Positions 53,901 to 64,000 of a stretch of DNA of 64,000 bases are shown here, one piece after another (the stretch's first letter is position 1; every line of letters starts with the position of its first letter). The translations under genes and the position numbers were made by a program. The stretch comes from Pecten maximus (lineage: Eukaryota), in NCBI RefSeq assembly GCF_902652985.1, contig NC_047019.1:25110001-25174000 (forward strand), in the 5' to 3' direction. The notes below the pieces were generated by a model. That model had not been told where the DNA came from. It saw only the letters and a list, made by a program, of their open reading frames with translations, and made no database searches.

Positions 53901-56900
53901 AGATATTGACAACTTAGTTCCGATATCAATCTTGTTATTATACTAATAACTTCTTTTTAGCAATTGATACAGACATAAATCTTAATGTTCTATTTCCTAT
54001 TTTACCAATAAACATTTAACTCATTAGTTAGGATAACAATCTCAATAATTCATTCTATATTTTACCAATTAATTCTGATATCACTTTTAATAATCCATTC
54101 TGTATTTTAACAATTAATTCTTATATCAATATTTTTCAAACATCGTAATTCCGATATCAATCTTTATCTGTTGATTCTGATTTGATTTTCAATCATGTAA
54201 CTGATATCTGACATATTCATTATGATATATTTCTTGATCAATTCTGTTTCATATGCCGATAAATATATTGAGATATCAATCTTATTGTCAATTATATATT
54301 TCACTAATACTTTTTATAAACATTTACATTTACATATTAAGTTACCAACCTTTACCAGTAATATAAGCGTGGACCTCTTAAGTCTATAATAATGCCATAT
54401 CAAATATTTCATGTGTTTACCAATTAATCCTTTTTAATAGTTGATGTGCTTACCGACAATTCTGATATCAAACATCAAACTATATTGAATGGATTGGAAT
54501 GTTATCTGTGGAGTAAGGAAAGACAGCTGTATACAATTTACAAATGAAAGTGAATGTTATTATCATTCAAATTGCGATCACTTCCTTCGTTCAGTAAAAT
54601 ATCAATCCTCAAAAATCTCCAACCATTCCTTGACACAACCATTCTTCAATGCATTCCTGTGGTAATTCGACCATGTAAGTAGTGCTTCTGTGGTGTTAGG
54701 TACCAATAGGCGCACACCTGGCCATTGTGTCGACACACACTCATCCCTTACGGGAACACAGGTATGCTGATGTCGCCGATTTCCTAAAAATAAAAGATAA
54801 AAAAGAATGTGAAATGCACCTCATGCACTTGACGCATTATAATAACAGGTTCCATGATTTACATGTTTATCTATCAAAGTAAACGTATGTTGATGCGTGC
54901 ATTTCCTAAAAATATAGAATTATCGTGAAGTTCGTTTGTAGCGTGCATTCCTCATGCACCCAAACAACCAGAATGCACAAATTAAATACATTTTTTTTTA
55001 AAATTTCAGACCAAATAGAGCTGTGGCAACCTGGTGCGGAAATGACAGATTTACCCTCGGTTATCATTGTGAATGACAAAGTGACTTAGATATCGGCGAG
55101 AATGTCAATGTTACCTCCGGGTATTATAGAGAATGAGTTATTTCAGGTATTTTTTTTTTATTTGGAGACGACGTAATGAACTTTGTGGCTAAGGATTTAT
55201 TTTATAATAAATATCAATAAATGATAAGTTATTTTGGATAAAGAATGTTCACCTTATAGCGTCTATATAAGGTATTTGCTTTTTGTCATAATTAATCTGA
55301 ATAGAGTTTGAATAACCAGTCGATTAGTAATTGAATCCGATTAAACTAAATGTATCCAATACAAATATGTTCAAAATATGACACAAATTCAAAGGGGATT
55401 AGATGGTCGATGCCTACCATAAACCTTTTATTACATTTTGATTGAAGTTAAATATTCTTTTTGTGTCACAGTTTGAATAAAAACAAAAGACCTATTACCA
55501 TTCGAACAAATAGAATCACTAAGAGTTTTTTCTTCAGTTTTGTAATTAGTTGATCCAGATCAAGATAGGCCACTTAATTCGATAATATTAGACAAAAGGT
55601 ACATACATTTATTTCTTTAACATGCTGTATATATGTTATTTATGCTAAGATACAAATAGTTTTGTTCAAGTGAAAGATTCGCTAAAAGTCGGGTCATACA
55701 CTTGCATGAAAATATCCCTAAATACTCGTCCTTCTGGTGAGCATTGTTTAATTTTATATTATACAACACAGGAGGTTAATAGAAATGATCAGAAAGCTTT
55801 TCCACATTGTAGCAAGTCTCAGATTACACAATACTTACAATTACATTAATATAACCTTGGGAGCAGCTAATTAAACATTGTGACATCCGTATTGTGAAAT
55901 TAACTAGCACGTGAGGACCACCAGTTGCACTTAATGAATCTTTGTAGATATGGGATACCGCGATGTCCCCAAGAGATCTCACTAATATTATCTGTTTAAA
56001 CCTATTTACCTTAGGTATATAAAAGAATATATGATCAAAGACGTCTATTTACCACAAAATAGTTAATATCTTCAAGGAGGATTCGTAATAGTCTTTCAGA
56101 CCTCATCTCAAATACAATTATAATCAGATATCACAGATGATTAAGTATGCTGCTGCTCGAAAATTTGGCAACATCATCAACGCGTTGATGTCATCTAGAT
56201 AAGTTTTTATTTATACACATCAAAGACTATATGATCTGTTTTTATAAGTTAACAGCGTAAAAGTCGCATTGCTGTTTTGTTACAGTATGACATAGCATTT
56301 GTGTCCTATCGGGTAAAAATAGACAGTACTAAGTCACCCAGTGCACGGCCTTTCACCCAATTACTTACCTGTAACATTCGGCACAACTATGCACGGTGCG
56401 ACCTACATATTGTTTAAAGGTTTTCGTTAGAATTGAACATTAACTACAATTTACATCGACGTATACAAAGGTTGTATATCTTATGTTTACTTAAGTGTCA
56501 ATATAGAAAGTGTAACAGTAGCAGGGGGCGAATACACATGACGATATGTTATTTATAGACGGATAAACAGGTCATAGCTACCACATAGCTACGCCCACCA
56601 CTAACACAGTTTCATTCATCTGTTTCAACAGGGTCGGAAGTAGTATACTACTGTAGTATATTTCTTTGTAGCCTTAGGGGTGTTCAAGGCATTTTTTCTG
56701 CAGTTCTTTGTAAAGAGGACAATCCCTTATAACACTCTCAAATGTTTTACCTTGGGAATCTGATGGAGATTAAAACAAAATATATTAAGGATTACATTGT
56801 TAAAAGCTGTTCTTATTCTAGGGTGACTGATTAAAAAGGAAAGAATTTATTGGTACATACTTAACTATTTCCGTTATTTACATTTTTATAACACAGTGGT

Positions 56901-58279
56901 TCTGGTCGATATGAAGACCCCCTTAAAACGTTATCCCACGCAGGAGCATATATGTTATGTAATCTTGAATATGTAATCATCTTGAAACCTTACATTGTTC
57001 GGTATTGAAAAAAAAATTCCTTGACATTACAGACGTATTGTTCATAGAAAGGGGGGCTTTAGAAAACAAAATTATCTTAAAAAGCGCCCTTTAATGACTT
57101 TTTGCGAAGATTCAGTTTTAAAATTAGGTATACCAAACTTCAAAATGAATTTTTAGATTGTATGAGTAAGCATGTAGTGACCTTTTTCCATAGACGATAT
57201 ATTAACCTGTTTACATTCGTTCTATGGCTTGTACTTGAAATATTTCGAAATACAATATCTGCCAAACCGAGAAAACGAATTTTTCAAAAGTTAGTGCTTT
57301 TGATAAAGATTTATTGATCACGGTTGCAATAGTGTAATATAAACTAATGATAATAAAGCTTTATCTAACAAAAGGACATAGGTAAAATGTATGGTTTCAG
57401 TAAAGATGGCTTGATATAAAGAAATATTAATAAAACAATATGTAACTTGTCTCAATTTGCATCACTAATGTGGAACTAAAATTATTCCCAAAATGCAATG
57501 CGTGTAAGGCAGTTGTCTTAAAGCACGAAACACTAGCTGATCCAATATCAATATTCTGAGATAAAAATCAGAGTAAGGATTGCAATAATCGGATAACAAA
57601 AAAATCAAAACATAGAAGATATATATTTTTTCATATCTAGATGGTTATCATAAAAGCTACCACAATTTCCTCTATTAATAACACTTTCAAGGTCGATGTG
57701 TCTATTTCCACTGATCATATTCATCTTCGAAAATAGCAACTATCTGGACTTATTGAAATAGCCACTTTAATTCAAGTATCCGATAATAATCTAGGTTTTC
57801 GTTATAACTTTTCCGAATCAGCGAATATTAACATAGGCTAGATGTTTGTCAGTAACAATAATATTTTATTTTCTTTAATTTAAATGAAGTGATAATGTTT
57901 GCATTGTTTCTTTTTCATAATAAATAACTGCTTAAAAAGACTACAGGGAAAGGTTTATACATAACAACAGTCGATGTTGATTATGTTTTAATACAAGCTT
58001 TCGTCGTAACACGATAATCCTATAAAACGTATCAATATACACAGATTAGTGAGAAGGGTTCATTCATGACCAACCGTTCAAACATTTTGCACACAACTAA
58101 ATTTCTTTTCAAACTTCAATATAGCTCCATTATAATATTATATTGTATGACCTCCAGTGAGGCGCATGCCAAGTACATATCACACAGGACGGGGTCACTC
58201 GAGCGACTAAAGCACCACGCGACGAACGAATGAATAATTTCTATTGAATACTTATACCACTCCCTGGACCCTCTAAACA

Positions 58280-58316
58280 TATAAAAATGGTACTTTTGGT
58301 TGTTCTTTTCATACAG
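58280..58316 (+). promoter_or_regulatory. TATA box and initiator of the orphan secreted-protein gene
   Basis: TATAAAA at 58280-58286 and tCAtac with A at 58311, so TATA is at -31. The ATG follows 64 nt later. The same tract (ttcttttcatacag) is also a good splice acceptor. Confidence 0.55.
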
Positions 58317-58374
58317 CCTCTGACACCACGACGAGCGACAACCTCCCAATACCACTACAGACAGGGGACTAACT

Positions 58375-58441
58375 ATGAGGAATTTATGCGTAGTAATACT
58401 ATTTATATTGTTGGTGATCCCGACAAAGGCCAATGAGTGTA
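58375..58441 (+). CDS. Orphan secreted prohormone-like protein (100 aa), coding exon 1: signal peptide
   Basis: MRNLCVVILFILLVIPTKA-NEC is a classic n/h/c signal peptide. Donor gta|gtaagt, phase 1. Confidence 0.82.
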
Positions 58442-58931
58442 GTAAGTACCACGTGTATTCACAACAAATAAAGTTATTATATATATATAAATATTTGAAT
58501 GATAGAAAATATCGCTAAAAACAAAGCTCTTTACACGTCAAATTTTCAGATTAATACCTTGAATCTTATTTTATTTTTTTTAATTTAAATTGAGTTGCTT
58601 GCTCTGGTTCCTATGGCGAGATATACGCTAGCGTCGCCATGTAACCATTGTGTCGTCGTGTACAATATTGCATAATCAATTGATGTAATGTGGCGGATAG
58701 CTCTGTTTAGTAATGTGTGCTGATATATGATTGATGTATTATTCTTTTAATCAAAGGTTTATTTTATATCCACACGAAATTATTTGCGTTAACATTAGAT
58801 ACAACACGTTTGATTTAAAAATGAATTATTTTTGTCAAATCTCAAAGCAATTTTAAATCGATTTTCATATAATAATCATACGCTTGTTTCAGTACTAATA
58901 GTTGTTTTATACATTATATTTTTTGTTTTAG

Positions 58932-59029
58932 ATGATATAAACCTCGACTTCGCAGAGCTTACAGATGTAGTCCAAACCAGAAGAAATGATCGATTTTTGT
59001 TGCGCAATTTACCAAGAGTGCTAGATAAG
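58932..59029 (+). CDS. Orphan secreted prohormone-like protein, coding exon 2
   Basis: Acceptor ttttgttttag| and donor aag|gtatgt, 98 nt, phase 1 to 0. Reads (N)DINLDFAELTDVVQTRRNDRFLLRNLPRVLDK. Confidence 0.85.
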
Positions 59030-60394
59030 GTATGTATACAGTATAATAGATTAAAAAGGAAATGCCTTCGTTTTCTTACTTGTTTACGAAGAACGCCGAC
59101 AAGAAATATTCCTATTAAAATCTCAGACTTAAACAAACAGAAGCTTAAAGAAGTCGACTGTCTAAGATTGGTAAATGAAATACACAAAACCCGTTAATTA
59201 AATTGTAGTAAAATAAGAAACATTTTAATATTCTTTTTAGTATATAGTATATATTGCACCCATCAATACTTAGTTATAAATAGTGGAATAAAAAACATCG
59301 AGTATACAAGTATCCGTATTAGGCACATTTTTAAACGAAGTAATAATGTGTATATTAGAATAAAGTATATATTAACATTATAAAATTGTACTTAACTACC
59401 CCAGAAACGCAAAAGTCGTTTTGGGACAAAATCAGTTTAGATATACACCGAACCTCTATCTTTAGGGACATTATCAGTGAAACCTGCAAAAATCTGGATC
59501 GAGTAACGTGTACCTACCTAGAACTAGTAGAGGTCAAACAGATGCAATTTTATAGTAAAGAATAAGACAAAAATTCAAGAAATGCGTAAATATTAGTTTA
59601 GAAATTAGAAAGTCTATAAATAAGATTAGAACCGATTTCAATTGTTAACAATGACGAGGCTTTTAGTGTACAATAAGGTTTAAGTGACTTTTGACATTGA
59701 CTGTATATATACTTTAGAAACCATGTAGAATTTCTAGAGGTGTCAATGGACTTGGTGGTAAGCGTATAAATCATTATTTATCGTAAAGATTCTTAGATAT
59801 GTCAAACATCAAAATTGATTAGAACAAGAATCATTATCCTTTGATATATTAAAAAAAATATATCAACCAGTTTTAATAATGAGGATAGTTGAAACAGCGC
59901 ACTTGCAAATTTAGCATAAAAACGATGATCGATATTTTTATATCAATATTATATTACATAATATGCACACTGCTAGCTACTGCTTAATATAGACTTATAT
60001 ATTGTCTTTCTTAACTGAATAAACTATATTTCATATGTAATATATGAAAAGGAATCAGTCACGATTTTACACACTATCAAAGAATAATCTAGAAAAGAAA
60101 TTAAAATTGGGACCCATTTCAACTAAATAATATTAATTGATTCAACGAACGTTAAGCATTATCAAAAACATTATATGAGGTTATGAATTGACTCATTCAT
60201 GTCTCCACCTTTTTTTTAAATGGACATTTGTATAGTCATGTCCATTACTATTTCAACATCTACACGATGGAGTATTGACAGTCAACACATTAAGGTTCGC
60301 CTACATAAAACTAACATAATGATATCCAAGGTATCTCATCCTCACCACACCGTGACAACAGTGTATCACTTTTTTTCTCTGTTGGTTTTTACAG

Positions 60395-60532
60395 ATACGG
60401 TGTTTAGATATGAAGCTGAACTATCTGGTCGAGGAGGTAGAATCAATGCAGCGAAATCGAAGGTCATCGAACCATCCACTGCAAAGGTCAACAAGTACAA
60501 GGAAATTTATACACAGGAGGAACCGCTACTGA
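60395..60532 (+). CDS. Orphan secreted prohormone-like protein, terminal coding exon
   Basis: Acceptor ggtttttacag|. Phase 0 reads IRCLDMKLNYLVEEVESMQRNRRSSNHPLQRSTSTRKFIHRRNRY*. Confidence 0.8.
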   Translation: MRCLDMKLNYLVEEVESMQRNRRSSNHPLQRSTSTRKFIHRRNRY

Positions 60533-61094
60533 GTGAATGTTGCAGTGTTGTCGTTGATATATGTCTGTACGTATAAACGGAACTTTATATACAAAGGAAC
60601 CGCTAAGATGTAAATGCTGTGTGAAGGAACTGCTATGATTTAAATCGTTTAGTGTTAGCGTTTTTACGATTTTATGTGTGTATGTTTGCAGAAATCGCTT
60701 AAATGAAAATGATGCAATAATCTTGTTGAAGTTATAATCTCCGCAATGTAGAGTATGTGTAGTGTATGTGTACAGAACCGCTAAAATGGAACTGATATGA
60801 TGTAAATGATACAGTGATCAGCGTTAAGATGTTGTGTAACGTAAATGATCTAGTGTAATCGTTGATATGAGTAGTGTAAGCGTTTACATAGTGTATGTGT
60901 GTAGGAACCGCTGTAATATAAATGTGGTAGTGTTAGTGTTAGCGAATAATGGAGTGTCAGCAATGTTAAATGTATGCGTGTTGTGTCTGGTTATACACAA
61001 GATGATGGCTATACAATGAATTTTAACTTTAATGTATGTATGTTTGTGTATGCTTACGTAAGCTACTTAATTTATTGTGAGACCGTAGAAATCG

Positions 61095-61100
61095 AATAAA
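61095..61100 (+). terminator. Candidate polyadenylation signal AATAAA of the orphan gene
   Basis: AATAAA about 560 nt after the stop, followed by T/GT-rich sequence. Confidence 0.5.
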
Positions 61101-61311
61101 TGTTTGTGATGCTATTGTTTATAAAAATTACTATGCAATATTTTTTATAAATTCATCAAACAGGCGATTTTATATCTCTATTTTTTACAAATTGTTATAT
61201 GAAATATTGTTTTCAATTAAAACTATTTTTAACACACGCATATTTTTTTTTCTTTTTTTTATGACTTGCTTAGGCAATTACTATAACAGCTCTTACCGTT
61301 TATATAACATA

Positions 61312-61837
61312 CGAGGGCTGATTGATAAGTTGTGAGCCTTATATTGAAGGATTTTAATTTTGCCTGATATATTGTATTATTTTTCAATACAATCCCCTTC
61401 CGTATCTATACACTTTTGCCAACGGTGTTTAAAGGTCTCAACGCCACTTTTACAGAACTCCTTTTCTGGCTTTTCAGAAAGTCATCCACTGCATGTTAGG
61501 GTTAGGGTTGGGGTGCCTGAAATAGCTGTTTTCAGTTTTGAAAAAAAATCTGATGGAGCGATATCAGGTGAATAAGGTGGATGCTCAATCAAGTTAAAGC
61601 CACACTCGTGAATGGCAGCCATGACAATGACAGACTCTTTCACCCTAACCCTAACCGATTTTGTCCATTTTGCAAAAGCTGCTTGTCTTGTTTACTTTAG
61701 AGTGCTAACTCGTCGATATAAACTAACCAAATGAGACCATTCCTTGGGTACACGGCCCTATGTAATAGTAGGACTTAAAAGAACATCTTTGAGTACCTCA
61801 TTCAATATGAGACTCACAACTTATCAATCAGCCATTG
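61312..61837 (-). mobile_element. Non-autonomous Tc1/mariner element, copy 2 (inverted relative to copy 1)
   Basis: TA-flanked TIRs cgagggctgattgataag. The minus strand encodes AAIHECGFNLIEHPPYSPDIAPSDF and KHRWQKCIDTEGDCIEK*. Same internal deletions as copy 1. Confidence 0.9.
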
Positions 61838-61940
61838 TACTAAACATCAAACGTTTTAATGTAAACTAGTCTCTCCTACTTTCTCCCTGTCCGTATTTTG
61901 GCATTTTTGTTTTGCCTCGTTTCGTTTTTGTCGTCTCCTT

Positions 61941-61990
61941 TGCCGTTACTGACGAGTCCTAGAAGGACAAAACAATTGTATGGTGCAGTT
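61941..61990 (+). ncRNA. Decayed minimal hammerhead ribozyme of Penelope-like retroelement type
   Basis: CTGACGA-gtcct-aga-aggac-AAAAC-aatt-GTA: CUGANGA box, 5-bp stem II, the GAAA box mutated to AAAA and a palindromic short stem III (acaattgt). Confidence 0.55.
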
Positions 61991-63474
61991 TAATCCATTT
62001 TGGCTCCACTGTATGAAACTCTTAATTCTTTTGAAAGGAGTTACTATCATGTGTTTTTGTGTACTTGTTACAAAGCGATAGTATTTTAATACATTGATGT
62101 TAATGACCTGCAATACCTATTTCACCTCTATAGTAAATGTTGGTATTTCCTAGAGATTTTGCTTTTCATTAGATTCGAGTGTAAGATAAAATCGTGAATA
62201 AACAATTGCTTTGAAACCCACTCCCCCATAAACAAAAACAAAAAAAAACAAAAAACGGCCCATCATAAAAGTATGTATTCTTGTTTTGCTACAACCGTTT
62301 GAAACATTATTACATGACCATGCGTTTACTTACTTGCTAATCTCTATAAAACATATCTTATATGTGTCAAAAAACATTAGATAATTAGATGCATGATATA
62401 ATATACAAAACAGTAGATACCGACATTAAAACAAAACCGTGATACTACCTCAAAATCGGCTAAACGAAGCCAAACTATAAAAAAACTATAGAATTGTACA
62501 AGTGAGGAGATCATTAAAAGAACACGGATAATAAGACGGGGTGTTTCGGAATAGAGAAAGCATCACCAGCTTCATCAACAACAACCGCCATAATTATATA
62601 GTACAAATTTAAAGAATTGTTTATAAATTTGTGAAAATTTTGTGTAGATTCCAATCGAAAGTCATTTCTAAAAATTAGAGCCAGGCTGGTGACAACGGAT
62701 GACCAAACATCCATATGGAGAGAGATAAAAAAAACACACATTCAAACTATATACACATATTGTAGTATATCCTTATATTGCTTGGAAATAGATTGATGGT
62801 AGATAAAACACAAAGACTATTTCAGTCTATACATATCATAAAATCATATGCTAATTACTGAAAGTAACATATTTAAAACGAGATTTGGTGTCTTGAATTT
62901 TCAGGCTATTTATTGCGACCTTTCGGAATTATAGTAATGGTTTAAGAGAAAGAAGATGCTTAATCTGATAGATGCAAAATGTACAGAAAAGATAGACAGA
63001 CGAAACCGCAATCCTTACTCAAAAGGCATAACACTACGGGGAAAATCAACATAACCGTTCACAAACGGAAAAAGTAAAAGGGAAACTTTGATCAATCTGG
63101 TAATTTTTCTTTTGTTTAGCACTTGCGTAAATATCAGTATCATGTGTTATCTTCATATATTGATAGTAGTAGGTTGATCTTATTTTCAGAGAAAACAAAA
63201 CATTTAAAGTGAAACGAGAAGAATTCAATAAGAATATATATGAGAATAAAAACATTTTTTTATATGTAGCTCTCTGCAACCATGTTTAACAGGACGTTCA
63301 TTATTCGTCAAAACATTTATATCCATAGCAGAAAATATTAACATACGAGAATAATTAGTGATTTTTAGATTGCATAAATGTGAATTGTGAATAGTAACGA
63401 GGGATTAAATGTGATCTTACCTTTTCTCCTTTTCTAGCAACTTCTTTTTTTCCCCTAATGTCTCCCTTGATACT

Positions 63475-63850
63475 TCCTCGCTTTTGGTCTTTAATTTAGC
63501 ATTTGTCCTTATAAGGAAGGCTTTTGGCACTGTCCACTAACCGATACATACCAGAGTATATAAAAATGTAAGGTGCTGCCCCCTATAGCATTTTTGGGAG
63601 TGGGACGACTGGTTAGCCCGTTATTTGTATAATGTGACCGGGTGGGTTGTTCTGCTGGGTGTCTTCGGCAGTATGCTTCAATGAGGTAGCACTATAAAGT
63701 CGGCATTAGTTCCGTGCAAACAAGAACATGCCACTGCCTCCCAAAACACACACACTTACTATTAACATGCATCTCCCACCAACGGGAGCCGTCGTCAATG
63801 ACCATAGCTATTGAGAGGACGTTAAACAGTATAAACAAACTAAACCAAAC
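63475..63850 (+). mobile_element. V-SINE-like element, near full-length degraded copy with (aaac)n tail
   Basis: Degraded head and core align with the 1720-2220 copy (acgactgg...ataatgtgaccggg...gtagcactat). Ends ggacgttaaac...aaacaaactaaaccaaac. Confidence 0.7.
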
Positions 63851-64000
63851 TTAAGTACACACTTATGGTGATGTAATGAGCCATATTTTGATTAATTTTG
63901 AGTGTTTTCATCGTTAACGTTTAAATACTTAGTAGTTTACACAGTGAATTACTTGTCCTCAAGACCTAATGATGCATCATTTACAATTTTCTTTGAAAAA

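Noticed and set aside
58960-59029. Resemblance of RRNDRFLLRNL to the vertebrate ALKAL/augmentor RMKDKFLKHL segment
   Set aside because: Only a few residues match and the four-Cys augmentor pattern is absent.
60220-60576. 118-aa ORF over the terminal exon
   Set aside because: Starts in intron sequence and uses a frame incompatible with the phase-0 donor at 59029.

Overview
AT-rich, repeat-laden eukaryotic genomic DNA. The repeat repertoire (V-domain tRNA-SINEs, Helentron-associated HINE elements, mariner and EnSpm remnants) suggests a bivalve mollusc; this is inference. The supplied ORF track captures neither gene in full. Reading splice sites by hand gives two compact, 3-coding-exon, plus-strand genes for small secreted proteins. 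(1) 16721-25081 encodes a 162-aa precursor with a signal peptide, dibasic sites and a C-terminal LDL-receptor class A module. Its motif (CPTP...CD...CPxGEDE...CMFYK plus a helix) matches my recollection of the Jelly belly/HEN-1 family of invertebrate ALK ligands. (2) 58375-60532 encodes a 100-aa orphan prohormone-like protein with a canonically spaced TATA/Inr. The two genes share intron phases (1, then 0) and an ungapped 16-residue amphipathic segment in the last exon. The rest of the window is nested DNA transposons and MITEs, a non-autonomous mariner family with telomeric repeats at its deletion junctions, a decayed EnSpm-type transposase, a decayed Penelope-type hammerhead ribozyme and many minisatellites, including a 3.8-kb 29-bp array. 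All family assignments come from motif recognition; no searches were run.
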